This document shows, one piece after another, positions 19,283-28,721 of a DNA stretch of 42,968 nt. Below the pieces are notes generated by a model. That model saw only the letters and a program-made list of their open reading frames with translations. It made no database searches and had not been told where the DNA came from. Origin of the DNA: an uncultured Candidatus Saccharibacteria bacterium (GTDB taxonomy: Bacteria > Patescibacteriota > Saccharimonadia > Saccharimonadales > Saccharimonadaceae). The translations under genes and the position numbers were made by a program. Location of the stretch: positions 1 through 42,968 of the forward strand of contig CAYMCF010000001.1 of the NCBI GenBank assembly GCA_964388975.1, written 5' to 3'. Position 1 is the stretch's first letter, and each line of letters starts with the position of its first letter.

Positions 19283-19447
19283 ATTATACCAAACTTTGTA
19301 CGACTTTTCCACAGTTTTTTATGCTAAAATCGTGATGTTCTAATATAGTTTTGATCTAACAGAGGTTGGTTTTCCACAACGGGGCGCAGAACCCCAGATT
19401 TAATATGTGGAAAACTTCTTGAAAAAAGTGGAAAACTGGTGTATACT
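19283..19447. promoter_or_regulatory. Divergent dnaA/rpmH promoters with four DnaA boxes
   Basis: dnaA: TGGTATAAT on the - strand (19291-19283); rpmH: TTGAAA 19419, 17-nt spacer, TATACT 19442; boxes TTTTCCACA 19305 and 19370, TGTGGAAAA 19406, AGTGGAAAA 19427. Confidence 0.8.
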
Positions 19448-19500
19448 AGAACAAGTAATTGTTAATTATTAAAGCAGAAGAGTTAAGATTGGAGTAATAA

Positions 19501-19638
19501 ATGCCAAAACGGACTTATCAGCCACATAAGCGTCAGCGTAAAGTTGAGCATGGCTTCATGAAGCGCAATAGTACCAAAAATGGTCAAAAAGTTTTAAAGC
19601 GCCGTCGCATTAAGGGTCGCGCTCGCTTAACGGTTTAG
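19501..19638 (+). CDS. rpmH: 50S ribosomal protein L34 (not in the ORF track)
   Basis: Manual translation [45 protein letters not shown]; GGAG SD; canonical position. Confidence 0.97.
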   Translation: MPKRTYQPHKRQRKVEHGFMKRNSTKNGQKVLKRRRIKGRARLTV

Positions 19639-19640
19639 AG

Positions 19641-19665
19641 AAAATACCCCATTAGGGGTATTTTT
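19641..19665 (+). terminator. Intrinsic terminator after rpmH
   Basis: AAAATACCCC-ATTA-GGGGTATTTT(T). Confidence 0.8.
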
Positions 19666-19683
19666 ATGTTATAATATATAGAT

Positions 19684-20028
19684 ATGTTATCTCATAAATA
19701 TCGATTTCATTCACGCGGCGGAGTGCGTTATACTTACCAAAATGGTAAAACAATTCGGACTCCTAATTTTTCGTTGGTTTACGCTAAAAATCAGCGGGGA
19801 AGGCAGCGAGTATCGGTAGTAGTTTCTAAAAAAGTCCTAAAGACGGCAGTGGGGAGAAATCGCATTCGGCGACGAGTTTATGAGGCGGTGCGCCTAGAGT
19901 TGCCGAGCATTCACGAGCCAACGGACTATATTTTTGTGGTTTATCATCGGGCTGCTAGTACTATACCATTTTCCGAACTACGCCAGATTGTACGCGAATT
20001 GATGGAGCGAAGTTTAACTGAAGCTTAA
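19684..20028 (+). CDS. rnpA: Ribonuclease P protein component
   Basis: VVVSKKV.KTAVGRNRIRRR (RNR motif); synteny. Confidence 0.93.
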   Translation: MLSHKYRFHSRGGVRYTYQNGKTIRTPNFSLVYAKNQRGRQRVSVVVSKKVLKTAVGRNRIRRRVYEAVRLELPSIHEPTDYIFVVYHRAASTIPFSELRQIVRELMERSLTEA

Positions 20029-20078
20029 GGTATACTTTAGGGGTGGCGGTTTTGGTGTAGGTGTGGTATAATGGAAAC

Positions 20079-21188
20079 ATGTTTTCCTTGATAGATATGA
20101 TTATCGTTCGTCCGATCACGAATATCTTGTTTTTGATTTATGGTTTAGTGGGGGACTTTGGTGTAGCAATTATTCTTTTTACGGTCTTAGTAAAGATTTG
20201 CCTTTGGCCACTAGTAAAGCGTCAATTACACCAGACTCGCTTAATGCGGAAGATCCAGCCCGAATTAGCCGAAATTAAGAAGAATTGTAATGGCAACCGC
20301 CAGCTTGAATCGCTTCAGATGATGGATTTGTATAAGCGGAATAATATTAAGCCATTCCGTTCTATGCTGACTTTGATTTTGCAGATTCCGATTTTTATTG
20401 CACTATATACGGCAGTACGAGTGATGGTTCTACCGACAGCTACGGATAACTTATCCATTCGAGCCTATGCGCCAGTCGCGCAAATGGAACGAGTAGACGA
20501 AGTAATTAATTTGCAAGAGTCCTATCTTAATTACACTAAAACCGTCAACGAGATTAAGTCTAGTGATTTGAGTGATGAAGAAAAGAACGCTAAAATATCA
20601 GAATTACCGGAGGTTAGCTATGACTTTCATCCGAAGTTATTTAATGTAGTAGACTTAGACGTAAAGGCTGGCTTTGGCTCAGTGAGCACTTTTGTGGTGA
20701 TGATCTTTGCTTTGGCCTCCGCTTTTGCGCAATACTGGATCTCACGCCAGCAGTTGCCTTCTAAAAAGAAGAAAGGCAAAACTTTCCGGCAGATTATGGC
20801 AGAAGCTGCCGATGGTAAGGAGCCAGATCAAGCGGATCTAAATCAAATTGTTTCTGGGCAGATGTCGTATACGATGCCCATCATGATGCTACTTTTGATG
20901 ATTAACTTACCGGGCGCGTTAGTATTCTATTATTTGATTAGCAACTTAATGACCGGCGTACAACAGAAGTATATTTTGAGCAAAAATGAAGAGGAAATGG
21001 AAATAACTGCTGACAGAAAGTTGATCCGCGACCTCAAGAAAATTGAAGAAGCTGAAGTAGTGAATGACAAGTCCGGTGAGCGCTGGATGAAAAGTCGAAA
21101 TGCTGAAAAAAGTGAAACTGGAAAATCTGGTGTAAAAATTACGCGGATTTCGGCGAAAAGTCGTAAAAGTCACAAGAAAAGGAGTTAA
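20079..21188 (+). CDS. yidC: Membrane protein insertase YidC/Oxa1
   Basis: FGVAIILFTVLVK..LWPL, MRKIQPEL, QIPIFIALY, LPGALVFYY..SNL; ATG 20079 lies 6 nt after TGGTATAAT. Confidence 0.93.
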   Translation: MFSLIDMIIVRPITNILFLIYGLVGDFGVAIILFTVLVKICLWPLVKRQLHQTRLMRKIQPELAEIKKNCNGNRQLESLQMMDLYKRNNIKPFRSMLTLILQIPIFIALYTAVRVMVLPTATDNLSIRAYAPVAQMERVDEVINLQESYLNYTKTVNEIKSSDLSDEEKNAKISELPEVSYDFHPKLFNVVDLDVKAGFGSVSTFVVMIFALASAFAQYWISRQQLPSKKKKGKTFRQIMAEAADGKEPDQADLNQIVSGQMSYTMPIMMLLLMINLPGALVFYYLISNLMTGVQQKYILSKNEEEMEITADRKLIRDLKKIEEAEVVNDKSGERWMKSRNAEKSETGKSGVKITRISAKSRKSHKKRS

Positions 21189-21190
21189 GT

Positions 21191-21655
21191 ATGAACAAAG
21201 ATGAATCGATCCGGTTTGCTACTAAATATTTAGAGGATTTACTATCGTTTTTTGGGATTAATGTGGCGGTGGATTCTACGATTGACGATGAAGTGATTCA
21301 GCTTTCGATCCCGTCTACTTCAATGAACTCATTACTGATTGGTAAGGAGGCTAACAACTTGCGGGCCTTGCAACACATTGTTTCGATGGCATTAACTAAT
21401 CACGAAGCAGAATTAACGCGTGTTAACGTGGATGTAGCTGATTACAAACGTCAACGAGCTGAACGGATTGCTGAGCAGGCTGAGAAGTGGATTCACGAAG
21501 TGCGCGCTACAGGGAAGACGAAGGTTCTCAATCTCAACGCAGCCGACCGAAGGATTGTTCATAAAGTAGCTCAAGATTACTCTGATATTCACACCCACTC
21601 GGAAGGTGAAGGGCGTGAGCGACAATTATATTTGGAAAAAATCAATCTCGACTAA
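21191..21655 (+). CDS. jag: Jag/KhpB RNA-binding protein (KH + R3H, no Jag_N domain)
   Basis: LLIGKE.., VDVADYK, DRRIVH...THSEGEG..R; follows yidC. Confidence 0.85.
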   Translation: MNKDESIRFATKYLEDLLSFFGINVAVDSTIDDEVIQLSIPSTSMNSLLIGKEANNLRALQHIVSMALTNHEAELTRVNVDVADYKRQRAERIAEQAEKWIHEVRATGKTKVLNLNAADRRIVHKVAQDYSDIHTHSEGEGRERQLYLEKINLD

Positions 21656-21659
21656 AGCT

Positions 21660-21689
21660 AAAAATAGACCCAACTGCGGGTCTATTTTT
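21660..21689. terminator. Bidirectional intrinsic terminator
   Basis: AAAAATAGACCC-AACTGC-GGGTCTATTTTT between convergent genes. Confidence 0.85.
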
Positions 21690-21694
21690 GAGAA

Positions 21695-23566
21695 CTACAT
21701 TTCTCCGCCACTAAATCCGATGATAATGATAAAATCAGTGTCACCTGGCTCGATGCCGGAAGGTAGAGCCTCAGCCCCTTGGACGGCCACACCGTAACGC
21801 TCAGCTAGAGCAGCACTGGTGGCAGGGAAATCTTGCCCCACTGCAAAGATGCAATATCTTTCGCTACAACTACCAAGTTCGGCATCACCTACGCCGACTA
21901 CATCATAATTATCCTGCTGTAAACGTTCACGTTCAGCAGAGGCTACGCCAACTTGCCCGCTAGCGTTATAGACGACAATACGAGCTTTCTCGCGTACTAC
22001 TGGGTCACTGTTAAACATTTCTGCAACGTATTTTTGAATTTCGCTATAATCTCGCTCTCCGGCAGCTGGTACTACATAGGAAATATTATTAATAGTTGCA
22101 GTGGTCATATAGAAAGTATTAGAGCCGTAATCTACCAGTGGTACTTGGCGAATATTGGTAATATTAAATCCAGCCAATAGATGTGCTCCGGCTTTAATGT
22201 TATCAGTAGAAAAGTTAGTGCGTAAGTTGTCATCTAAGATTCCTAGCAATCCCAAGGCTTCCTGCGGACCAACGCCATTTTGGAGAATTTTATTTACAAT
22301 ACCCTCGACGATTTTTTGTTGTGTGTTACCGCGCGTAAAATCTCCACCCGTAGTGCCATGACGAGCGCGCGCTAGGCCAAGAGCCTGTTCGCCATTTACT
22401 TCCATTGGCACGCCAGCTTGTGCTACGGCATTGGTCCAGCCGTAATCATTAATATCTTCATCAAGCGTAACGGTAATTCCGCCAATGGTATTGATAATAT
22501 CAATCAGCGAAGCCCAGTTAATATGGGCATAGTATTGGAATTTAATACCGAGAACTTCACCCACTTGATCCATTAGAGCATTAGCGCCAGCCGCCTCATC
22601 AGTGCCGTCTTGATTATGGCACCAAAAGACTTCGTTAATTTTCCCGGCTGAACAAGCTTTGCGCACTTTGAGGTCGCGTGGTAGGCTAAGCAGGGCTACA
22701 TCTTTGGTATTTTGGTCAAAACTAGCCACCATGATAGAGTCGGTCAGCTGAGCACCGTCGTGCTCACCGTAAGCAGTGTCACCATTCATATTATAGCCCT
22801 CAGTGCCAAAAATCAGTACATTGGTACGACCATTCTCGTCGGCGTCAAAAGGAACTTCGGCGGAAACTAGGGAATGAATTGCATCCCATAAGCCAGAATT
22901 ACCACCAGTTAAACGTGAAATTAGCTCATCCCCCCATTTGTAGAAGATGCCACCACCAATTAGTAATAGACACAATAAACTAATTGTAATGATACGTGCG
23001 ATATGATGCTTTTTGCGCGGACGGAGCTTTTTCTGATAGCGTCGGGGAATTTTGGGCTCAACCTCATCTTCATCTTCGGAATTATCATTATCGGCCTCGA
23101 AATCAGAGTTAGGTGATAGATCAGAGAGTGCGTTGCTGTTTTGAGTTTCTTCATCATCCCAGTTAGCCAAAGAACTATGATTTTGTCGGCCGGCCTTGGA
23201 GGGAAGTGATTTTTGGGCATGCTGAGATTTTTTGCTTGGAGCCGTATCGAAGCTATTGAGCAAATCAGACCAATCAGCTTCAGCATCAGTGGTAAAATCA
23301 CCGTCCAAACTATCTGGCTCGGCATCGAAGTCAAAAGTCTCTACGGGGTCAAGGAAGTTTGTGGCGGAACTTTGGTGCTTAATGGAGTCAATAGAATCAA
23401 GCATAGCTTGTCGCTTGGCTGCGCTCTGGGTTTGCGGGCGCGATGGCGCTGAACGGCGTCGCGTCATATCGACAACATGGGCGCTAGAAGACCGCGCCGA
23501 ATTTACTGGTGGATGTTTGGGGCTTGGCTCGCGCACCCGTAGGCCATCAATTGTTGTTTTTGCCAT
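21695..23566 (-). CDS. LytR-CpsA-Psr (LCP) glycopolymer transferase with LytR C-terminal domain
   Basis: TM helix; NVLIFG, TDSIMV, LSLPRD, ARAR, DFTR...QQ; C-terminal VYNASG..GVA. Confidence 0.9.
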   Translation of the reverse strand: MAKTTIDGLRVREPSPKHPPVNSARSSSAHVVDMTRRRSAPSRPQTQSAAKRQAMLDSIDSIKHQSSATNFLDPVETFDFDAEPDSLDGDFTTDAEADWSDLLNSFDTAPSKKSQHAQKSLPSKAGRQNHSSLANWDDEETQNSNALSDLSPNSDFEADNDNSEDEDEVEPKIPRRYQKKLRPRKKHHIARIITISLLCLLLIGGGIFYKWGDELISRLTGGNSGLWDAIHSLVSAEVPFDADENGRTNVLIFGTEGYNMNGDTAYGEHDGAQLTDSIMVASFDQNTKDVALLSLPRDLKVRKACSAGKINEVFWCHNQDGTDEAAGANALMDQVGEVLGIKFQYYAHINWASLIDIINTIGGITVTLDEDINDYGWTNAVAQAGVPMEVNGEQALGLARARHGTTGGDFTRGNTQQKIVEGIVNKILQNGVGPQEALGLLGILDDNLRTNFSTDNIKAGAHLLAGFNITNIRQVPLVDYGSNTFYMTTATINNISYVVPAAGERDYSEIQKYVAEMFNSDPVVREKARIVVYNASGQVGVASAERERLQQDNYDVVGVGDAELGSCSERYCIFAVGQDFPATSAALAERYGVAVQGAEALPSGIEPGDTDFIIIIGFSGGEM

Positions 23567-23677
23567 TTAACTCCTATTATTGCTTTTGAACCGAATATTT
23601 CTATAATATCTGGGCCATCAAAACCATTTATCTAGACTTACCCAATCAAAACATTCGTGATATACTAATTATAACAT

Positions 23678-24016
23678 ATGAAAGCAAAATTGACGAAAAA
23701 ACAAGCGCTTATTATAGATTTTATTAAGGAATTTACGGCTCGGGAGGGGGAATCACCTTCGTATCGTGAAATTATGGCGGCTTTAGGGCTATCATCAGTC
23801 TCGGCCGTCGCAGAACATATTGATAACTTAGTCAAAAAAGGCGCATTAAAAAAGATCCCGGGAGCGGCGCGCTCATTAGAAGTAGTGGATTTGAGTTATC
23901 CGGAAACCACTGCCCTGTTCCGGCAGAGCTTGGCTCAGGCCACCACAGAAGAACAGGTAATTTTGCGCCAAGCTGCGGAAATTCTTGGTATCGAATTGCT
24001 TGAAAATAATCAGTAG
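23678..24016 (+). CDS. LexA-type winged-HTH regulator lacking the peptidase domain
   Basis: LTKKQ..I..FI......G.SPSYREI...LGLSS...V.EHI..L.KKG.L......ARSL; only 112 aa. Confidence 0.8.
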   Translation: MKAKLTKKQALIIDFIKEFTAREGESPSYREIMAALGLSSVSAVAEHIDNLVKKGALKKIPGAARSLEVVDLSYPETTALFRQSLAQATTEEQVILRQAAEILGIELLENNQ

Positions 24017-24044
24017 TTTGTTATACTGGTAGTAGGAGTAAGTC

Positions 24045-24614
24045 ATGTCAAAATCAAGTCAGCCTGCGTCAGCACATCGGGTACCACCTTATCGTCGCCC
24101 TATTATTGTGGGTGGTTTCTTGCTGGTTTTGGCTATCGTGGTAATAGTGACGATCTTTGTGTTTAAGAGTTTAGGTGCCAATAATGATGATACTTCGCAA
24201 ATTTCTAAACCGACCGACTCTAACGTTGATAGTCCTGATACGCCTGATGATACGTCCAAAGAGCCACCGCTGGAAAATAAGGCTCCGCAATATGAAGGTG
24301 AAGATCCGAATGAGCTGGATAGCTTAACTGGTAGTATTGCTTACATTGATATTGACGCAGAAACTCAAACTTTACATTCGGCAGTTAGTATTAATCAGTA
24401 TTTGGAGAACGATGGGCAATGTGTATTTAATCTGAAACGAGGTGAAGCGATTGTGCGGACAGCCTCAGCAGTGGCTACGCCAGATGTTACCACGTCGGTT
24501 TGTGGGCCCTTTAGCTTATCGGTGGAGGGTTTAGATCCGGGAACTTATCAAGTAGAAATTATCATGACAGGCGACAATAAGCGTGGTATAATTACCAGTG
24601 AGACTGAGATCTAA
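24045..24614 (+). CDS. Single-pass membrane protein with low-complexity linker and small beta domain
   Basis: TM helix, D/P/T/S linker, two Cys; TGTTATACT promoter and AGGAG SD. Confidence 0.65.
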   Translation: MSKSSQPASAHRVPPYRRPIIVGGFLLVLAIVVIVTIFVFKSLGANNDDTSQISKPTDSNVDSPDTPDDTSKEPPLENKAPQYEGEDPNELDSLTGSIAYIDIDAETQTLHSAVSINQYLENDGQCVFNLKRGEAIVRTASAVATPDVTTSVCGPFSLSVEGLDPGTYQVEIIMTGDNKRGIITSETEI

Positions 24615-24668
24615 AAATTATTTACAAAAATAAAAAACTAAACACAAAAAGCGAAAGGAGCATTCCAA

Positions 24669-26879
24669 GTGAAACCATTCATTTACAAAACTAAAGAAGA
24701 GTTTCATCAACATCGTAATGTAGTTTTTGTAGTTTTTGTGTTTTGTATGATGGTAGCTCTATCGTTTTTTGCGACGCGTGATATGGATACTTCAGTGGCG
24801 GCGGATCTCAATAACTTTAATCCTGGTAATATTATTAGTGACGCCGTAATGGGAGACTACCGTTCTATGACGGTAGCGGAAATTCAGGATTTCTTAAGCC
24901 GTAAAAATAGTTGTGATAATCGTAATTATGATTTGTATTTGCAGTACACAAGCGCTCACCCGAGCATTACTTGGCACTGGGAAGGCGAACCTTATAATGG
25001 GCATTTTGTCTGTCTAGCCGAAGAGCGTTTTGGTGATGGTGAAGTAATTGGCAGCGGTATGACGGCTGCAGAGATTATTTATGATGCTGCCCAGAAGAAT
25101 AAAATCAATCCGCAAGTCCTCATTGTGCTACTGCAAAAAGAGTCAAGTTTAATTACCGACAAAGTCCCGAATAGTCATGATTACCGCCAAGCTACTGGCT
25201 ACGGTTGCCCGGATACGGCGGCTTGTGATTCTAAGTTTTATGGTTTTAAGAATCAAATTTATCGAGCGGCGGAGTTATTCCGCTATACTCTGGATAATGG
25301 CTACGCGCTGTATCCAGACGGTAAGGAAGTATATGTAGGTTATCACCCCTCAACTAGTTGTGGTGGTTCAGTAATAAAAATTGAGAATCGGGCCACTTCA
25401 GCCTTATATCGTTATACGCCTTATCAACCTAATGATGCTGCTCTTGGCGCTGGTTATGGTACTGGTAATGCTTGCTCAGCTTACGGTAACCGTAACTTTT
25501 ATCTTTATTTTACGGATTGGTTTGGTAGTACGCAAGCCAAGGTAGAGGGGGAACTAGCGCAGCTACCGGACGGTGTTTATTCGTTCTCATTAGTGGCGGA
25601 TCAGGCAAAATTATCAGTCCCTGAAGGGCAGAATGTAAAAAATGGCGCTAATGTAGCAGTTTTGCCGGAGTCGCAAAATAAATCTAACTTTAAGATTCAA
25701 AAAGTCCCCAATACGCAATATTATCAAATTATCGACGTAGCTTCCGGTAAGGCGCTCGATCTCGCTAGTGCTAAAACTGCAGAAGATACAAATGTCCAAT
25801 TATGGCAGCAAGATATCAATACTTGCGCGCAGAAGTGGAAGTTTTATCAAACTTCGCAGCGTAAACTTGTGATTGAATCTAGCTGTATGGCGGGCATGGT
25901 GCTAAGCGTGGATGGGCAGAATGTTCAGTTGGGACTAGTAAAAAACGGCCAAGCGCATCAGCAATGGCAAATTTCAGTTGGTCAGACCCTTGCTGATAGT
26001 ACTTATCAAATTAGCCCTAACCAAAAAGACAATTTCTTGCTCCAATATTCTGATAATGATTATAAAAATGGCACAAAACTCTTTGCAAAAACCGAGAGTC
26101 GAGCCGACGTGACGAGCCGGTGGGTTTTATCTTATGATCGTAGCGGCGATTATTATACTATAAAAAATGCCGCTTCCGGAAAAGTAATAGATCTATCCAA
26201 TGCCCAGACCACCAATAACACAAAAATTCAATTATGGCAGCAAGATACTAACACCTGTGCGCAAAAATGGCAGATTATCCCAAGCTTGAAAGAAGGTGCG
26301 TATCATATTGTGTCAATGTGTTCTAGCTCGTATGGGCTGGGCTGGTCTAGCAGTGATGATAACGTTAGCTTGCAAGCCAGTGATAGTGTTCGGGCGGCGA
26401 CTTGGAGTTTTACACTGGTTGAACCGGAAGTTGCTAATGGGGAATATCACCTGGCTTCGGCAAGTAACCAGAATTACGTTTTGGACGTATCTGGCGGCAG
26501 GACGACTAATGGTACTAATATCCAAGGCTGGTCGATCGATTATAATGCTGGTGCCCAAAATTGGTTAGTGCAATATGATGACAAAACCGACACTTACACT
26601 TTAAAAAATCCGCAATCCAATAAAGTAATGGATCTCAGTAATGCCAAAACTATCAATGGCGGTAATGTGCAAATTTGGAGCTTAGATACTAATACCTGTG
26701 CGCAAAAATGGATTTTTGATAAGATGGCAAATAACGAGTATGCTATTCATTCAGCTTGTGATTATAGTTATGTTTTAGACTTATCCAATAATCGTACTAC
26801 TAATGGTAATAATATCCAAATTTGGCAACAAGATCTGAATACTTCGGCGCAAAAATGGATTTTGCAGCCGATACAATAA
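24669..26879 (+). CDS. Surface protein: N-terminal hemagglutinin-annotated (possibly lysozyme-like) domain plus ricin-B beta-trefoil lectin repeats
   Basis: INPQVLIVLLQKE, GYGCPD, NRATSALYRYTPY, YGNRNF; repeated (V/A)(L/I/M)D(L/V)S....NVQ(L/I)W.....AQKW (QxW) units; AAGGAG SD before GTG. Confidence 0.8.
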   Translation: MKPFIYKTKEEFHQHRNVVFVVFVFCMMVALSFFATRDMDTSVAADLNNFNPGNIISDAVMGDYRSMTVAEIQDFLSRKNSCDNRNYDLYLQYTSAHPSITWHWEGEPYNGHFVCLAEERFGDGEVIGSGMTAAEIIYDAAQKNKINPQVLIVLLQKESSLITDKVPNSHDYRQATGYGCPDTAACDSKFYGFKNQIYRAAELFRYTLDNGYALYPDGKEVYVGYHPSTSCGGSVIKIENRATSALYRYTPYQPNDAALGAGYGTGNACSAYGNRNFYLYFTDWFGSTQAKVEGELAQLPDGVYSFSLVADQAKLSVPEGQNVKNGANVAVLPESQNKSNFKIQKVPNTQYYQIIDVASGKALDLASAKTAEDTNVQLWQQDINTCAQKWKFYQTSQRKLVIESSCMAGMVLSVDGQNVQLGLVKNGQAHQQWQISVGQTLADSTYQISPNQKDNFLLQYSDNDYKNGTKLFAKTESRADVTSRWVLSYDRSGDYYTIKNAASGKVIDLSNAQTTNNTKIQLWQQDTNTCAQKWQIIPSLKEGAYHIVSMCSSSYGLGWSSSDDNVSLQASDSVRAATWSFTLVEPEVANGEYHLASASNQNYVLDVSGGRTTNGTNIQGWSIDYNAGAQNWLVQYDDKTDTYTLKNPQSNKVMDLSNAKTINGGNVQIWSLDTNTCAQKWIFDKMANNEYAIHSACDYSYVLDLSNNRTTNGNNIQIWQQDLNTSAQKWILQPIQ

Positions 26880-26894
26880 ATTTCAAAAAGTGGT

Positions 26895-28718
26895 TTAGCT
26901 TAGCTGGAGATATTCTCGCCAAAACTCTTCGGAGACAAATTGGTCGCGAGCGGCGGTATAAGCTTGTCGCACCTCCTGATGATGTTTTTGGTATAGTTTA
27001 GTGAGGCGCTTGTATTCTTTCATAAGTTTTTTAAACTTCGAACGGTCGCGTGTATACAAAACCGCCGTATCATTAAACGGATTAATTGCTAAAACTTCGT
27101 GATGCCTGGCGATGGTTTCAGGCTGGAAACCAAATCCGCCGTAGCCAACCGCCGCTAAGCCTTTTCTGGCTAACTTTTCGGGAATTAACTTCTGTCCATT
27201 CCAAGTCAGTTTGAGATAAATTTGATTTTGGATAGAGAGCGGCTTGCTAGCATTAGCTTCTTGCGGGGTCATGGTAATATCCAATCCTTCGCGAATTTCA
27301 CTAATCGGTCGTAAAGTATTATCAATTTCGCGATTATGCTTTAGTAATTCTTCCCCAGAAGTTTTCATCAGAAACTCGGGGCCTTTGAGATAATCTTCCA
27401 ATGCGCGTAAAATCAGTTCTGCCGCGGAATAATTAAATTGCAAGATCTCGGTACGAAAAGCATCGTACCAAAGTTTGATAATATCTTTATCTTGAATCAC
27501 GCCAGTGGTGGATTGAATAATCAAGAGATTACGCAAATGTTGATAACGGTCAAACACGCCATTGTATTTAGTGGCAAATCCCATGTGCCAGACACAAATG
27601 CCACTCATAGTAATGAAGTGTGCGTTGCATCTCAAACTATACTCCACATCATCAATCCGGATAAAAATCGGCAAAGGCAAACCATGTTTCTCGATTTGCG
27701 TTCTAGGAATGCAACAATACCACCAAGCCGCATAAGTGCTAGCGCGCTCGGTGAGTAACTTTTCGTTTTGCAGATTATCAGTGAGCAGGGAATGATCGAA
27801 TTCTTCCTTGACTGGCTTGAGCATTCCATTATTGTCAATTAAACCAATATCTTCATGCTGAGTTCCTGGGTCTTCGTAGTAAAGCATGGCTCCGGAGATA
27901 AAGAAATCTTGATATTCTGGCTTTAGTAAGCGTAATAGATTATAAGTGCGTTTGATACTTTCTGGTAAAACTAAAATATCGTCGTCCATCAAGAGAACGT
28001 GAGTAGTGGTAAATTCAGGATTATTTAAAGCTTCCAGCATGCCGCGTGCAAAACCGCCCGACCCGCCAGCATTAATATTGGGATAAAGTTTAATATTTTT
28101 ACTATTGATTTCTGATGCTTTGAGCGTGCGGCCATTATCTACTACGTGCAAGAAACAATTTCCGGCAATATCTTCCTGCGAATTAATAATTTCGTTGCGG
28201 ATTAGTTCCACATTTTGTTTCACAAAAACTTCTTTGTGACAAGTAGTAGTAGTGAGGGCGAGTTTGACTGGGTTGAGGGAACTTTCAGGTATTTCTACGG
28301 AAAAATAACCTTCAGAAATAGTCAACTTTGGTGACAAGGCTAAAATCTTTACTCCCACCATTTGTTCGGAATTCTCCGGAAATTCATAACTAATTTCTTG
28401 ACTTTTTTCGTGGTCGTATTCCTTTTGGGTAAATTCAGTAGTAATGACGGTTAAGGCTTCTTTGTGCGCGCCCAAAAAAGTAATTCGGGCTTTACCGCAA
28501 ATTTTGAGATGAAAAGTTAGCTTTTGGGCGTAAGTATATTTTTGCCACTTTTCCCATGAGCAAGCATTAAGATAGGTCAATAAATCGATACTTTGAGCAA
28601 AACCCAGCGTCAGCTTATCAGTATCTAAAATCCCGTCGTCGCCGCGGTAAAATAGTTTTCGGCAACGCTGGTGATTTGTAGAGTGAGGCCAAACGATATC
28701 TTGAATTTTGTACTGCAT
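26895..28718 (-). CDS. Galactofuranosyltransferase, GlfT2-like GT2
   Basis: VVDNG, NAGGSGGFARG, LLMDDD, AWWYCCIP, LPLPIFIRIDDVEYSLR, VWH motifs. Confidence 0.85.
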   Translation of the reverse strand: MQYKIQDIVWPHSTNHQRCRKLFYRGDDGILDTDKLTLGFAQSIDLLTYLNACSWEKWQKYTYAQKLTFHLKICGKARITFLGAHKEALTVITTEFTQKEYDHEKSQEISYEFPENSEQMVGVKILALSPKLTISEGYFSVEIPESSLNPVKLALTTTTCHKEVFVKQNVELIRNEIINSQEDIAGNCFLHVVDNGRTLKASEINSKNIKLYPNINAGGSGGFARGMLEALNNPEFTTTHVLLMDDDILVLPESIKRTYNLLRLLKPEYQDFFISGAMLYYEDPGTQHEDIGLIDNNGMLKPVKEEFDHSLLTDNLQNEKLLTERASTYAAWWYCCIPRTQIEKHGLPLPIFIRIDDVEYSLRCNAHFITMSGICVWHMGFATKYNGVFDRYQHLRNLLIIQSTTGVIQDKDIIKLWYDAFRTEILQFNYSAAELILRALEDYLKGPEFLMKTSGEELLKHNREIDNTLRPISEIREGLDITMTPQEANASKPLSIQNQIYLKLTWNGQKLIPEKLARKGLAAVGYGGFGFQPETIARHHEVLAINPFNDTAVLYTRDRSKFKKLMKEYKRLTKLYQKHHQEVRQAYTAARDQFVSEEFWREYLQLS

Positions 28719-28721
28719 TCT

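Noticed and set aside
22907-22922. parS-like sequence AGTTAAACGTGAAATT
   Set aside because: Too many mismatches to TGTTNCACGTGAAACA, and it lies inside a CDS
25780-26870. Spaced DNA repeats resembling CRISPR or a DGR TR/VR pair
   Set aside because: They are in-frame ricin-domain repeats with irregular spacing, and the differences are not adenine-specific
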